64,000 nt of DNA. It comes from Candidatus Melainabacteria bacterium (GTDB lineage: Bacteria; Cyanobacteriota; Vampirovibrionia; Obscuribacterales; Obscuribacteraceae). The notes beneath the pieces were generated by a model. It was not told the DNA's origin. It ran no database searches and was given only the letters and a program-made list of their open reading frames with translations. The translations under genes were made by a program, and so were the position numbers. The stretch lies in assembly GCA_016212515.1 (NCBI GenBank), contig JACRFZ010000037.1, positions 6,549 to 70,548 on the forward strand, written 5' to 3'. Positions 18,337-27,152 of this stretch are shown in pieces; the stretch's first letter is position 1, and the number at the start of each line of letters is the position of its first letter.

Positions 18337-18765
18337 ATGCACAATCCTTTCAACTCCGCCGCAAAGTCCAAGCTCTATAAGCTAGAGAAGGCAGCTTGCA
18401 GCAGCAGGAGCGATTGCAGCGAAAAAACAACCAACACAGTAATCCCTTATGATTTCGCTGCCCGTAAGACCGACGAAGGAGAGCCGCATCTCTGCGCCCA
18501 TCATCTCAAGCACTATGATGGACAAATCATATATTTGAACATGCACGGCGAGCGCAGCTGGTACTTTGGCAAAGTGCACTATCGAGGCGAGAACAGTTAT
18601 GTAAATTTGGCTGTCGACTACAGCGAAAATGAAGAAGGTAGTCACTCTGCAGCCTATCCATTTCATCCAATGATGCTAGCCACCTTCTGCTTTAGACCTA
18701 CAAACGAGAAGGAATCCCACGGACTGAAATTCTCGTACGAGGATTTTATAGAGCGCTGGAAATAA
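18337..18765 (+). CDS. Hypothetical protein (142 aa)
   Basis: ORF. ATG 18337 is preceded by GAAGGAA. Confidence 0.5.
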   Translation: MHNPFNSAAKSKLYKLEKAACSSRSDCSEKTTNTVIPYDFAARKTDEGEPHLCAHHLKHYDGQIIYLNMHGERSWYFGKVHYRGENSYVNLAVDYSENEEGSHSAAYPFHPMMLATFCFRPTNEKESHGLKFSYEDFIERWK

Positions 18766-18959
18766 GCAACCACCCCGTCGAAAGATCAGTAACTACATCA
18801 AGAACCATAGGCTGGGCCGCAAGAACTGAGCCAACGAGACTTCCGTGCCTGACTGCCAGGAGAATGTAACAAGGAATGTAAGTCGGCTAAACTCGGGGCA
18901 AGTACAAGGTTTCTAACGACTGCAGATGCAAAAACAAAACTTCTCTGCGTTACAAAGAC

Positions 18960-18987
18960 TTGCTAATCTCTTTCCATCGACCATAAT
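18960..18987 (+). promoter_or_regulatory. Candidate sigma70-type promoter for the met leader/operon
   Basis: TTGCTA (18960-18965), a 16-nt spacer, then CATAAT (18982-18987). The predicted 5' end is near 18994-18995. This is pattern match only. Confidence 0.3.
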
Positions 18988-18994
18988 TGAGCCC

Positions 18995-19063
18995 ATGAGA
19001 AATCGCAATATGATGAGCATGCAGATGATGATGCCTTCCCCGGGGGAGGTTGTTGCTGCATGA
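18995..19063 (+). CDS. Met-rich leader peptide MRNRNMMSMQMMMPSPGEVVAA (22 aa)
   Basis: Translated by hand. Six ATG codons lie between 19010 and 19033, and the TGA stop is at 19061-19063. An alternative start is at ATG 19010. The SD is weak or absent, so it may be leaderless. Confidence 0.55.
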   Translation: MRNRNMMSMQMMMPSPGEVVAA

Positions 19064-19104
19064 TTGTTCCAGGATAGAAAAATATCCCAACACTAACAAG
19101 CGAC

Positions 19105-19139
19105 ATCCCCTCCCGCAAACGCGCGAGGGGATTTTTTTT
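19105..19139 (+). terminator. Intrinsic terminator (attenuator) immediately upstream of the metB-like gene
   Basis: ATCCCCTC (19105-19112) pairs with GAGGGGAT (19125-19132), with a 12-nt loop and then T8 (19132-19139). The SD AGGAG follows at 19140-19144. Confidence 0.8.
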
Positions 19140-19151
19140 AGGAGAAAACCA

Positions 19152-20363
19152 ATGGGCATCGAAAATCAAGATAGAAAACTAGGCTTCAACACACTGGCCA
19201 TTCACCAGGGGCAAGAAAGGGACTCAGCCACCGGGGCACTAATCACACCCATATATCAAACTTCCACCTTCGTTCTCGATGAGCTGGGCAAGAATAAGGG
19301 CTATCAATACGCCCGCACCCACAATCCTACCCGCAGCGCCCTGGAAGAGTGCCTGGCCTCTCTGGAAGGAGCAAAGTACGGCATCGCCTGCGCTTCGGGG
19401 CTGGCAGCCGTTTCCATTGTCACAGACCTTCTCAACGCCGGCGACCATGTGATCGTGGGCGAAGATGTCTACGGCGGTGTCTACAGGCTATTTGAGCGAG
19501 TCAAGAAGAAATTCAATATAGAATTCACCTATGTAAATACAGCCGACCTGGCCCAGATTAAGGCTGCAATCAAGCCCAATACCCGCATTATCTGGCTGGA
19601 AAGCCCAACCAATCCGCTCCTCAAACTAGCCGACCTGGAAGCCATCGGCGAGATTGCCAAGAAAAACAACCTCATCTTTGCAGTAGACAACACCTTTGCC
19701 ACCCCCTACTTCCAAAGACCGCTCGAATTCGGCGCCGACATCATAGTGCACAGCACCACCAAATATCTCGGCGGGCACAGTGACGTTATCGGCGGTGCCA
19801 TCATCACCAACCGAGACGATCTTTATGAAGAGCTCAAGTTTTACCAGAATGCCGGAGGAGCGGTACCAGGTCCCTTCGACTCTTATCTAATTTTGCGCGG
19901 TCTCAAAACTCTCGCCCTCAGGCTCAAAGAGCATGAGCGCAATGCCTTTGCCGTAGCCAATTTCCTCAGTCAACACAAATTCGTGAAAGCTGTCTACTAT
20001 CCGGGTCTACCCTCTCACCCGCAATTCGACCTGGCTAAAAAACAAATGAGAGGCTTCGGCGGGGTAGTGGCCTTTGTGGTGGAAGGCGGACTGGAGGCAG
20101 CACGGGCCCTGGTTAACGGCACTGAACTATTTCAGCTGGCGGAAAGTCTCGGCGGCGTCAAGTCTCTCATCTGCCACCCCGCTACCATGACCCATGCCCC
20201 TATTCCAAAAGAAGTTAGAGAGCCCCTGGGGATTGTGGATGGACTGATTAGATTATCCGTAGGTATTGAAGATGCTCCAGACCTGATTTTCGACCTTGAG
20301 CAGGCTCTTTCAAAGGCACAGGACGCGGCCACAGTGAAAGCCGCCAGCACGAAAGAGAACTAA
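19152..20363 (+). CDS. Cys/Met-metabolism PLP-dependent enzyme (cystathionine gamma-synthase / beta- or gamma-lyase family)
   Basis: Typical family sequence with the PLP lysine in HSTTKYLGGHSD. ATG 19152 has AGGAG 7 nt upstream. The listed 19050 start reads through the terminator and is rejected. Confidence 0.9.
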   Translation: MGIENQDRKLGFNTLAIHQGQERDSATGALITPIYQTSTFVLDELGKNKGYQYARTHNPTRSALEECLASLEGAKYGIACASGLAAVSIVTDLLNAGDHVIVGEDVYGGVYRLFERVKKKFNIEFTYVNTADLAQIKAAIKPNTRIIWLESPTNPLLKLADLEAIGEIAKKNNLIFAVDNTFATPYFQRPLEFGADIIVHSTTKYLGGHSDVIGGAIITNRDDLYEELKFYQNAGGAVPGPFDSYLILRGLKTLALRLKEHERNAFAVANFLSQHKFVKAVYYPGLPSHPQFDLAKKQMRGFGGVVAFVVEGGLEAARALVNGTELFQLAESLGGVKSLICHPATMTHAPIPKEVREPLGIVDGLIRLSVGIEDAPDLIFDLEQALSKAQDAATVKAASTKEN

Positions 20364-20396
20364 ATCAACACATTGCCGACCGGCAGAGGATAAACA

Positions 20397-21659
20397 ATGT
20401 CAATTCAAAAAATCAAAGTCTTGAAGTTCGGCGGCACGTCCGTCAAGAACCCACAGCGCCTGGTTCACGTAGCCCAGATTATTGCCAGAGAGAAAGCCCA
20501 CAAATGCATCGTGGTTGTCTCGGCCATGGGTCAGACAACAGACACCCTGGTGAAACTGGCTTCTCGTTGTTCGCAAACACCAAATCCCAGGGAACTGGAT
20601 GTGCTATTAGCCACTGGGGAGCAGCAAGCAATTGCGCTCTTAAGTATAGTGCTGAGCGACCTGGGAGTGAGGGCCCGCTCCTTCACCGGCGCCCAACTGG
20701 GAATCATAACGGAAGCCAATTACGGAAATGCCGAGATATTGAGCATCGACAAAAGTAAAATTGAGGAAGCCTTCCAAACGCATGATGTAATTGTTGTAGC
20801 CGGCTTCCAGGGAGTCACCGCCACAGGAGACATAACTACACTGGGAAGGGGCGGATCGGATACATCGGCAGTGGCTCTGGCTGCCGCTACCCAGGCTGAA
20901 CTTTGCGAGATATACACAGATGTAGACGGCATCTTTACAGCAGATCCGAATATCATCAACGGCGCCCTTCAGCATTCAATTTTAAGCTACGAAGACTGCC
21001 TGGAGTTGGCTGCCAAAGGCGCCCAGGTCATTCACCCTAGAGCCGTGGAGTGCGCCCGGGAAAACGGCATTGATATAGCGGTTCGCAGTGTCTTCAATCC
21101 TGAAAACGAAGGCACTCTCATAACCAGCGGTAACGGCTCAACCTGGGAACGACCAGGACTGGTAGGCATTGCCGTTACTTCCGGCTTCAGCTTGCTGACT
21201 ATCGAATGCCAACAGGAATCGGACTTGAAAGAGTTGGATGACTTCATTAGAGGATTAGTTGGAGCAGTCAATGTACAGGAAACCATCTGGCGACTCGCTC
21301 ACACGGCTCAAGTGAACTACATAATTTCCGGGCTCAGTAAACCCATAGCAGAAAGGCTCCTGCAGTCACTGGCAGAAGCAGAAGCGAAGCCACGCGGCAA
21401 GCTGAGGCTGGACTATGTAAGACTGTCAATCGTAGGAAAAGAAGCACCGCTTGCCCCCCGAGAGAGTAAGACCATCGAAGAAATCCAGACCTGGCTTGCA
21501 CAGAATAGTTTACTCAGCACTGCCAGTGAACTTTCACTCTCAATCTATCTGGAGGAAGAAAAGGCAGTGGATGTCTGGAACCAACTGCACGAAATCCTGA
21601 AGCCGCAGCTGACTAAGGGGGAAGAGGCAAGAAAGGCACTGGTCGGGTCGACGGGCTGA
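20397..21659 (+). CDS. lysC: Aspartate kinase with C-terminal ACT-like regulatory region
   Basis: KVLKFGGTSV at the N-terminus, with GRGGSDTSAVALAA and EIYTDVDGIFTADP motifs. GAGGA is upstream. Confidence 0.92.
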   Translation: MSIQKIKVLKFGGTSVKNPQRLVHVAQIIAREKAHKCIVVVSAMGQTTDTLVKLASRCSQTPNPRELDVLLATGEQQAIALLSIVLSDLGVRARSFTGAQLGIITEANYGNAEILSIDKSKIEEAFQTHDVIVVAGFQGVTATGDITTLGRGGSDTSAVALAAATQAELCEIYTDVDGIFTADPNIINGALQHSILSYEDCLELAAKGAQVIHPRAVECARENGIDIAVRSVFNPENEGTLITSGNGSTWERPGLVGIAVTSGFSLLTIECQQESDLKELDDFIRGLVGAVNVQETIWRLAHTAQVNYIISGLSKPIAERLLQSLAEAEAKPRGKLRLDYVRLSIVGKEAPLAPRESKTIEEIQTWLAQNSLLSTASELSLSIYLEEEKAVDVWNQLHEILKPQLTKGEEARKALVGSTG

Positions 21660-21716
21660 AACCTCAATTCAATTAGCGTGGAGCACAAACGAAAACTTTT
21701 TGGCAAGGAGAACTAG

Positions 21717-23063
21717 ATGAGCAAAATAGTAGCGGGCCTTATAGGGCTGGGCACAGTCGGGACCGGAGTCGTGAGATTACTGGAGCGCCAGAATCATATC
21801 CGACTCAAGACCATAGCCGTGAGAGACATAAAGAAGAAACGAGAAGTTTCTCCATCATGCCTGATTACAGAAAATGTGCAGGACATAATTCAGGATCCTG
21901 AAATCGAACTGGTAATAGAAGTAGCAGGCGGCATCGAACCTGTTTACTCTTACCTGGAAGCAGCACTGAGAGCCGGGAAGCACGTCGTCACCGCCAACAA
22001 GAAGCTTCTGGCCAGGCGCGGACCGGAGCTTTTCTCACTAGCCAGGGCTAAGGGAGTGAATATTTTCTTTGAAGCCTCGGTGGCAGGCGGAGTACCACTT
22101 ATATCAACTCTACAGAAAGGTCTCAATGCCAATCAGATAAACTCCATCGCCGGCATTCTAAACGGCACCACTAACTACATCCTCTCAAAAATGCACAGCA
22201 GCGGCTGTTCCTTTGCCGAGGCCCTGAAAGAAGCACAAGAGCTGGGTTTTGCTGAAGCTGATCCGACCGACGATGTGGAAGGGCATGATGTGGCAAATAA
22301 ACTAAGTATTCTAGCGGCCCTCAGTTTCGGCCGCTTCGCCAACCCGGAGCAGATCCACCGAGAAGGAATCACCACTATCACAGCCAGGGATATTGCCCTG
22401 GCCAAGGCCAATGGCTGCGTCATAAAGCTAATCGGACTGGGTCTGCCACAGGAAAACAACAAGGTGGAACTGAGGGTGCATCCGGTTCTCGTGCCATTTG
22501 GACATCCCTTCTACGCAGTAAACGGGGCCGAGAATGCCATCCTTGTCAATGGCTCCGCCGTCGGACAGATTCTCTTGAGCGGTCCGGGAGCAGGAAGAGA
22601 ACCTACGGCTTCGGCAGTGGTAGGAGACGCCCTCAATCTTGCTCAGGTAATTAATCTTCCGGAGTTTGAGTCATTCTTCCAACCTAAAATAAACACGACC
22701 TGGGCTTCGCTCACGGAAGAATCAGAATTGGCTTTCGCCAACCTGGTGCGTATAAAGCTGCTCAGAAAAGGCGCTGATATTGAATTTGTGGCCAGAACGC
22801 TTTTGCAAAACGGGCTCAAGACACAAATAATCAATGCTGGAGAAGACGAAAGCGGATACAAGATTCTCTCGCTGACAACGGCAACACAGCCCGATGCCAT
22901 CGTCGAGGAAGCACTGGCTCATGTGCCAAATGCCATCGTCGAAAGCCGACTGAGACTTCTGCAAAACCAGCTTGCTGCCGGCTATCAAAGAGAGTCACGC
23001 GCACCGGCAAGCGCTCAGCAAACATTGAGAGGAAATTCTAGAGCTCTGAGCGTCAGTTGCTAG
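21717..23063 (+). CDS. hom: Homoserine dehydrogenase
   Basis: GLIGLGTVGTGV Rossmann start, plus KHVVTANKKLLA, GILNGTTNYILS and AEADPTDDVEGHDVANKL motifs. AAGGAG is upstream. Confidence 0.92.
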   Translation: MSKIVAGLIGLGTVGTGVVRLLERQNHIRLKTIAVRDIKKKREVSPSCLITENVQDIIQDPEIELVIEVAGGIEPVYSYLEAALRAGKHVVTANKKLLARRGPELFSLARAKGVNIFFEASVAGGVPLISTLQKGLNANQINSIAGILNGTTNYILSKMHSSGCSFAEALKEAQELGFAEADPTDDVEGHDVANKLSILAALSFGRFANPEQIHREGITTITARDIALAKANGCVIKLIGLGLPQENNKVELRVHPVLVPFGHPFYAVNGAENAILVNGSAVGQILLSGPGAGREPTASAVVGDALNLAQVINLPEFESFFQPKINTTWASLTEESELAFANLVRIKLLRKGADIEFVARTLLQNGLKTQIINAGEDESGYKILSLTTATQPDAIVEEALAHVPNAIVESRLRLLQNQLAAGYQRESRAPASAQQTLRGNSRALSVSC

Positions 23064-23227
23064 TGAAAGTCAAAAGTGAATTTACACTTCTAAGCCAGTG
23101 CGCACAAATGACTCTGAGCATGCTAACCTTTCATCAGCGCCGATTTGTAACTCCGCTTGCGGGCGCTTAATAAGATGTGCAGCTAAAGCGAGGCTAAGAC
23201 AAGTGATTTCAAAATAAGATTTTCAAC

Positions 23228-23262
23228 TAGAGGGCGAGTCCTGACTGCAGACTCGCCCTCTA
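23228..23262. other. Perfect 13-bp-stem hairpin with no T tract
   Basis: TAGAGGGCGAGTC (23228-23240) pairs with GACTCGCCCTCTA (23250-23262), with a 9-nt loop. It lies between hom and cysK. Confidence 0.6.
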
Positions 23263-23350
23263 ACACCATTCCGCAACCCTTTCAAAAGGCAACTCAAGCG
23301 TTGCTTAGATATACCTGGTTTAGATATGCCTACCTTGGCAAGGCAGAATA

Positions 23351-24346
23351 ATGACACAAATCATAAATCCACAGCAGAACAATACTATTGCAGACGATCC
23401 GCAAATCCTTAGCGATCTATCAAGAGCGGTAGGCAAGACACCACTACTGCGCCTGAATAGCCTCACAAAAGGCCTCGGAGCAACTGTTTTAATCAAGATG
23501 GAATCGATGAATCCACTTGGTTCAGTTAAAGATAGAATTGCAGTTGCCATGCTCGATGATGCGGAACAGCAAGGATTAATCGAGCCGGGGAAAACCCTTC
23601 TCATAGAACCGACGTCAGGAAACACCGGCATAGCGCTGGCATTTGTCGCTGCTGCCAGAGGCTACAAGTTGCTGTTGGCAATGCCGGAGTCTATGTCACT
23701 GGAACGGCGAAATGTACTGGCAGCCCTGGGAGCAGAGCTAGAACTCACTCCTGCGGCAGAAGGCATGAAAGGAGCAATCGCTAGAGCGCAGACACTGCTA
23801 AGCGAGAGAAAAAATGCATACACCTTGCAACAGTTCTCTAATCCCGCCAACCCCAGGATACACAATCGCACAACTGGACCGGAAATCTGGCAAGCCACAA
23901 GGGGTGGAGTAGATATTCTGATTGCCGGCGTGGGCACTGGAGGGACGGTATCTGGCGCTGGAGCCTACCTGAAATCACAAAAGCATACGATTAAGGTCTT
24001 TGCCGTCGAACCAAAAGATAGTCCGGTAATCACCCAGAGAAGAGCAGGTCAGGAAATAAAGCCTTCACCGCACAAGATACAAGGTATTGGAGCAGGCTTC
24101 ATCCCCGAGAATCTCGACCTTTCCCTCTTGGATGGAGTAGTCACGGTAAGTAACGAAGAGGCATTTGATACAGCGCGCAAGCTCGCCAGGCAAGAAGGGA
24201 TCTTTGCCGGTATCAGTAGCGGCGCCAATGTCTGCGCCGCTCTCAAGCTAGCCTCAATGCCCGAGAACCATGGCAAAACGTTAGTTACCGTAGCATGCAG
24301 CACAGGCGAACGCTATATCTCCACGGAACTGTGGGCTACAAAATAA
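23351..24346 (+). CDS. cysK: Cysteine synthase A (O-acetylserine sulfhydrylase)
   Basis: NPLGSVKDRIA (PLP Lys), TSGNTGIALA and GVGTGGTVSG motifs. Confidence 0.92.
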   Translation: MTQIINPQQNNTIADDPQILSDLSRAVGKTPLLRLNSLTKGLGATVLIKMESMNPLGSVKDRIAVAMLDDAEQQGLIEPGKTLLIEPTSGNTGIALAFVAAARGYKLLLAMPESMSLERRNVLAALGAELELTPAAEGMKGAIARAQTLLSERKNAYTLQQFSNPANPRIHNRTTGPEIWQATRGGVDILIAGVGTGGTVSGAGAYLKSQKHTIKVFAVEPKDSPVITQRRAGQEIKPSPHKIQGIGAGFIPENLDLSLLDGVVTVSNEEAFDTARKLARQEGIFAGISSGANVCAALKLASMPENHGKTLVTVACSTGERYISTELWATK

Positions 24347-24487
24347 CTCAGGCAAATCCTTGCTTTAAAAATTGGAAGAGCCTTGCTTCTATCTGAGAGC
24401 GAGTGCCCAGGCAGAGTCAAAGGCACGGCGAGGAGGTACTTACGACTTGTCGTAGTAGCCAAACAGCACGAAAAATGAAAGGAAACT

Positions 24488-24509
24488 AGAGGGTGGAAAT
24501 CCACCCTCT
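24488..24509. terminator. Hairpin between convergent cysK and the CpcT-like gene
   Basis: AGAGGGTGG-aaat-CCACCCTCT forms a 9-bp stem. The A-rich left flank would give a U tract on the minus strand. Confidence 0.5.
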
Positions 24510-24624
24510 GTCGAATCACTAATCACAAGCCGCCGAATCATCAGAATCACTTACAGGAAAATCAGGTGCTCGGTTCTAGCACCCGACTCATTGATGGCAA
24601 GCTTTTCGGAAGGACGGCAAAGCT

Positions 24625-25308
24625 CTAGATATCCAGATAGAAGTCTGAGGCGGCGGCGGCTGAGGGCAGGGGAACTATCTGAGTAGCGATAGCAGACTGC
24701 GACAACTTGGCAAAGGCGTGACCACCTACTCCATCGGGAGGTCCCATCACCTGCACACCATCGGCATCGAAGCCCACATCCTTCTGTAAGAGAACCGACT
24801 TGGAAAGTCGCGCCTCAGCCTCCAGTCTGGTTCCTTTAGCGGTGATACAGCCGGCACCAGTGACGCCTATATAGAGGTCCTCAGCGTCTTGGTATTTCCA
24901 GCTCATCTGGCATCCACACTGCTCATCCAATTCTTCCAAGCTCAGTACCGCGAGTTTTGTCGGGTCGACAAAGGCACCCACTACAGCCTGCTCGTTCTTA
25001 ATCTTGAAAATGCGACTAACAACTTCGCCAGTGCTGGCTAGCGAGGCGATCTGATAAACACGCACTCGATATGGAGGCGAATCCGGCATAAAGACTCCCT
25101 GTTCAATATACAAGGCTATGCCGGCGAGCCCCGGTAACTCTATTGGGGCAATGCGCTGATACACAGCTGCGTGCTGATAGGAAGCAGAACACACAATGTC
25201 TTGCTTCACTTGTTCCAGGGTGGTGAACAGTCCGGTCAACCGTGATGCAATCTCATACGCGTGCAAGTCACTCTTATCTAAAAGTAGAGGCGAAAGAAAT
25301 TTAGCCAT
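24625..25308 (-). CDS. CpcT/CpeT (DUF1001) family protein
   Basis: It is collinear with cyanobacterial CpcT. LYIEQGVFMPDSPPYRVRVYQI matches LFLEQAYDFMLQRPYRLRVLKL. FKIKNEQAVVGAFVDPTKLAVLSLEELDEQCGCQMSW matches FKVKDEENFYGAARDLGKLAQLTPADLEPMHGCDMIV. The C-terminus has G..AFAKL. Confidence 0.7.
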   Translation of the reverse strand: MAKFLSPLLLDKSDLHAYEIASRLTGLFTTLEQVKQDIVCSASYQHAAVYQRIAPIELPGLAGIALYIEQGVFMPDSPPYRVRVYQIASLASTGEVVSRIFKIKNEQAVVGAFVDPTKLAVLSLEELDEQCGCQMSWKYQDAEDLYIGVTGAGCITAKGTRLEAEARLSKSVLLQKDVGFDADGVQVMGPPDGVGGHAFAKLSQSAIATQIVPLPSAAAASDFYLDI

Positions 25309-25731
25309 GAAAATTTACCTGTGATGCGAAGTTTGGATGAAGACCGGGAATCTAGTACTGCCTTAAAGGAGACAAAGAGATCTGTCTCAAACGCAAAGAA
25401 CCGAAATGGCAGCGAATAAACTAGAGCAGCAAAGATCCTCGAAAAAGCTTCATAACCAAATGAACAAACTCAACCTACCGCCAGGAACAGCCAAATTGCT
25501 GCAGTCGGACCTTAGCAAAGGATCACGGTCACAACTAGACCTAGCAACCCTCCGCAAAGAATATGGGGGCTTCCACGAAATCAAATCACTCATGACCGCT
25601 GAATCAATACGAACCAAAAGACCGATGGGACACACACTACCCATCGGTCTTCAGGTTTGCAGGCAACAACTTGCTGATGAGATCGCCTTTTCCGGAGGTC
25701 AATCAATTGCCTGACAGTTTATAGCTCAAGT

Positions 25732-26634
25732 TTATTTAGCCAGGGTGGCCAGAGCTTTCTCTCTTTCAACAACATAGGTGAGCACACCAGGTTTCCGGGG
25801 CTCCCACTTGAGGTCAGCCTTAGCCCTGGCGAAGTCAATCTTCTGACTTAAACCATAGACTTCGGCCAAAACTCCAAATTTTGCCCTACTCTGCTCAATA
25901 GATAGAGACCGTTTTTCCTTGATGGAAAAAGCCTTCGAGATGGCTTCAGCCAGCTCTAACTGAGAAACGAAATCACTTGAGCCGGCCTGATAGAGGGCAC
26001 CGGCGGGAGCCTTTTCGATGGCGCGCAAATAAAGATCGACAAGTTCTTCAATGTGCACATAAGTACCCACCGATCTACCTTCGGTAAGGAAGCCGACGAA
26101 GCGCTCTCTCCGAGAAGTAGTTATCACTTCATCAATGTAGTCGCCTTCGAAGCCATAGATGATGGAAGGGCGAATCACGATAGAACGGATACCTTGCTTG
26201 GCAGAATCGAGCACAAGCCCTTCAATTTGAGCAAGTGGTGCAACTAAGGCTGGCGGAGAAAGAGGAGTCTTCTCATCGGCAAGCACGTTTCCGGTCTCAC
26301 CAAGAACCCAAGCACTGGAAGTATAAATGAAGGTCTTGTTGGTTCCCTTAAGAGCAGCGATGATCCCTTCGACAACGGTGCTCTCAGAGTGAGCAAACTT
26401 CAAGTCGAAAAGGTCTGGAGTGCGAATGACTATGTCTGAGGCAGACAGAGCGCCGGTTAAGCCAGCCGTATCGGAAGTATCGCCCCAGAAAAGAGCGGCA
26501 CCAGTGGACTCGACCAGCTTAGCCTCCTCCTGAGTCTTTACCAGCACTGTCACCTTGTGACCAGCAGTCTTAAGCTTATAAATGAGTGAGTGATTCAGGT
26601 AGCCTTTGCTCTCAGTGAAAAAAACGTTTGCCAT
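25732..26634 (-). CDS. NAD(P)-binding-fold (NmrA/atypical SDR-like) protein with degenerate glycine motif
   Basis: Rossmann-like layout. The expected GxxGxxG reads TESKGYLN, and no clear YxxxK is seen. ATG 26634 has AGGAGAG upstream. Confidence 0.6.
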   Translation of the reverse strand: MANVFFTESKGYLNHSLIYKLKTAGHKVTVLVKTQEEAKLVESTGAALFWGDTSDTAGLTGALSASDIVIRTPDLFDLKFAHSESTVVEGIIAALKGTNKTFIYTSSAWVLGETGNVLADEKTPLSPPALVAPLAQIEGLVLDSAKQGIRSIVIRPSIIYGFEGDYIDEVITTSRRERFVGFLTEGRSVGTYVHIEELVDLYLRAIEKAPAGALYQAGSSDFVSQLELAEAISKAFSIKEKRSLSIEQSRAKFGVLAEVYGLSQKIDFARAKADLKWEPRKPGVLTYVVEREKALATLAK

Positions 26635-27152
26635 GATTAACTCTCCTATCGAGTTGAAATATAAAGGGTACTTAGTTATTTGTTCGCGAGCGAATACAAA
26701 GCGCAGCAAGAGCCCGCTTCAAGGCATAGCGATACCGCCCGCAGTATCACAAGCCCGATTTGCGCATGCAGAAGAGAGATAAACCAGGACAACCGCTAGA
26801 CCCAGTCAATCGACAGAACTGAATGAAGGCGACCGACCGGCAAAAGCGACCTGCCAAGGCAGACTCTCACTCTGGAAACGCTATAAAAACTAATACTTCT
26901 GGTCGCACGACCAGTCTAAATATTGTCCCCGCAGGGACACATGCTGCAGCAACAATTGCAGCATTGGCAAAAAAGAGCTGTGAAAGAAACAGGCATAAGG
27001 CTGCTAGACCGGTTACCACCGGTTAATTGAGCTTGAATGTCGGCCTGCGGCAGATTCATCAAAAACAACTCTCTACTTCAACAACCCAATTATACTGTTC
27101 GGAAATACTTTCGCAAGTGTTCGTAACAACTATTGGAACCAAACAACCTTAA

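Noticed and set aside
19050-19151. Listed TTG start that extends the metB-like ORF 34 codons upstream
   Set aside because: The extension reads through the leader stop region and the intrinsic terminator. ATG 19152 has a well-spaced AGGAG, and homologs start near MGIENQD.
25406-25714. 102-aa plus-strand ORF in the gap between the CpcT-like and SDR-like genes
   Set aside because: It has no SD, low-complexity polar sequence and no recognisable motif. It is kept only as a possibility and is not annotated.
27004-27075. Possible sixth, degenerate copy of the GACCGGTC repeat (CTAGACCGGTTACCACCGGTTAATT ... CATCAAAAACAACTCTC)
   Set aside because: The core palindrome is disrupted and the spacing to the A-run differs. 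The similarity is too weak to count without a statistical model.
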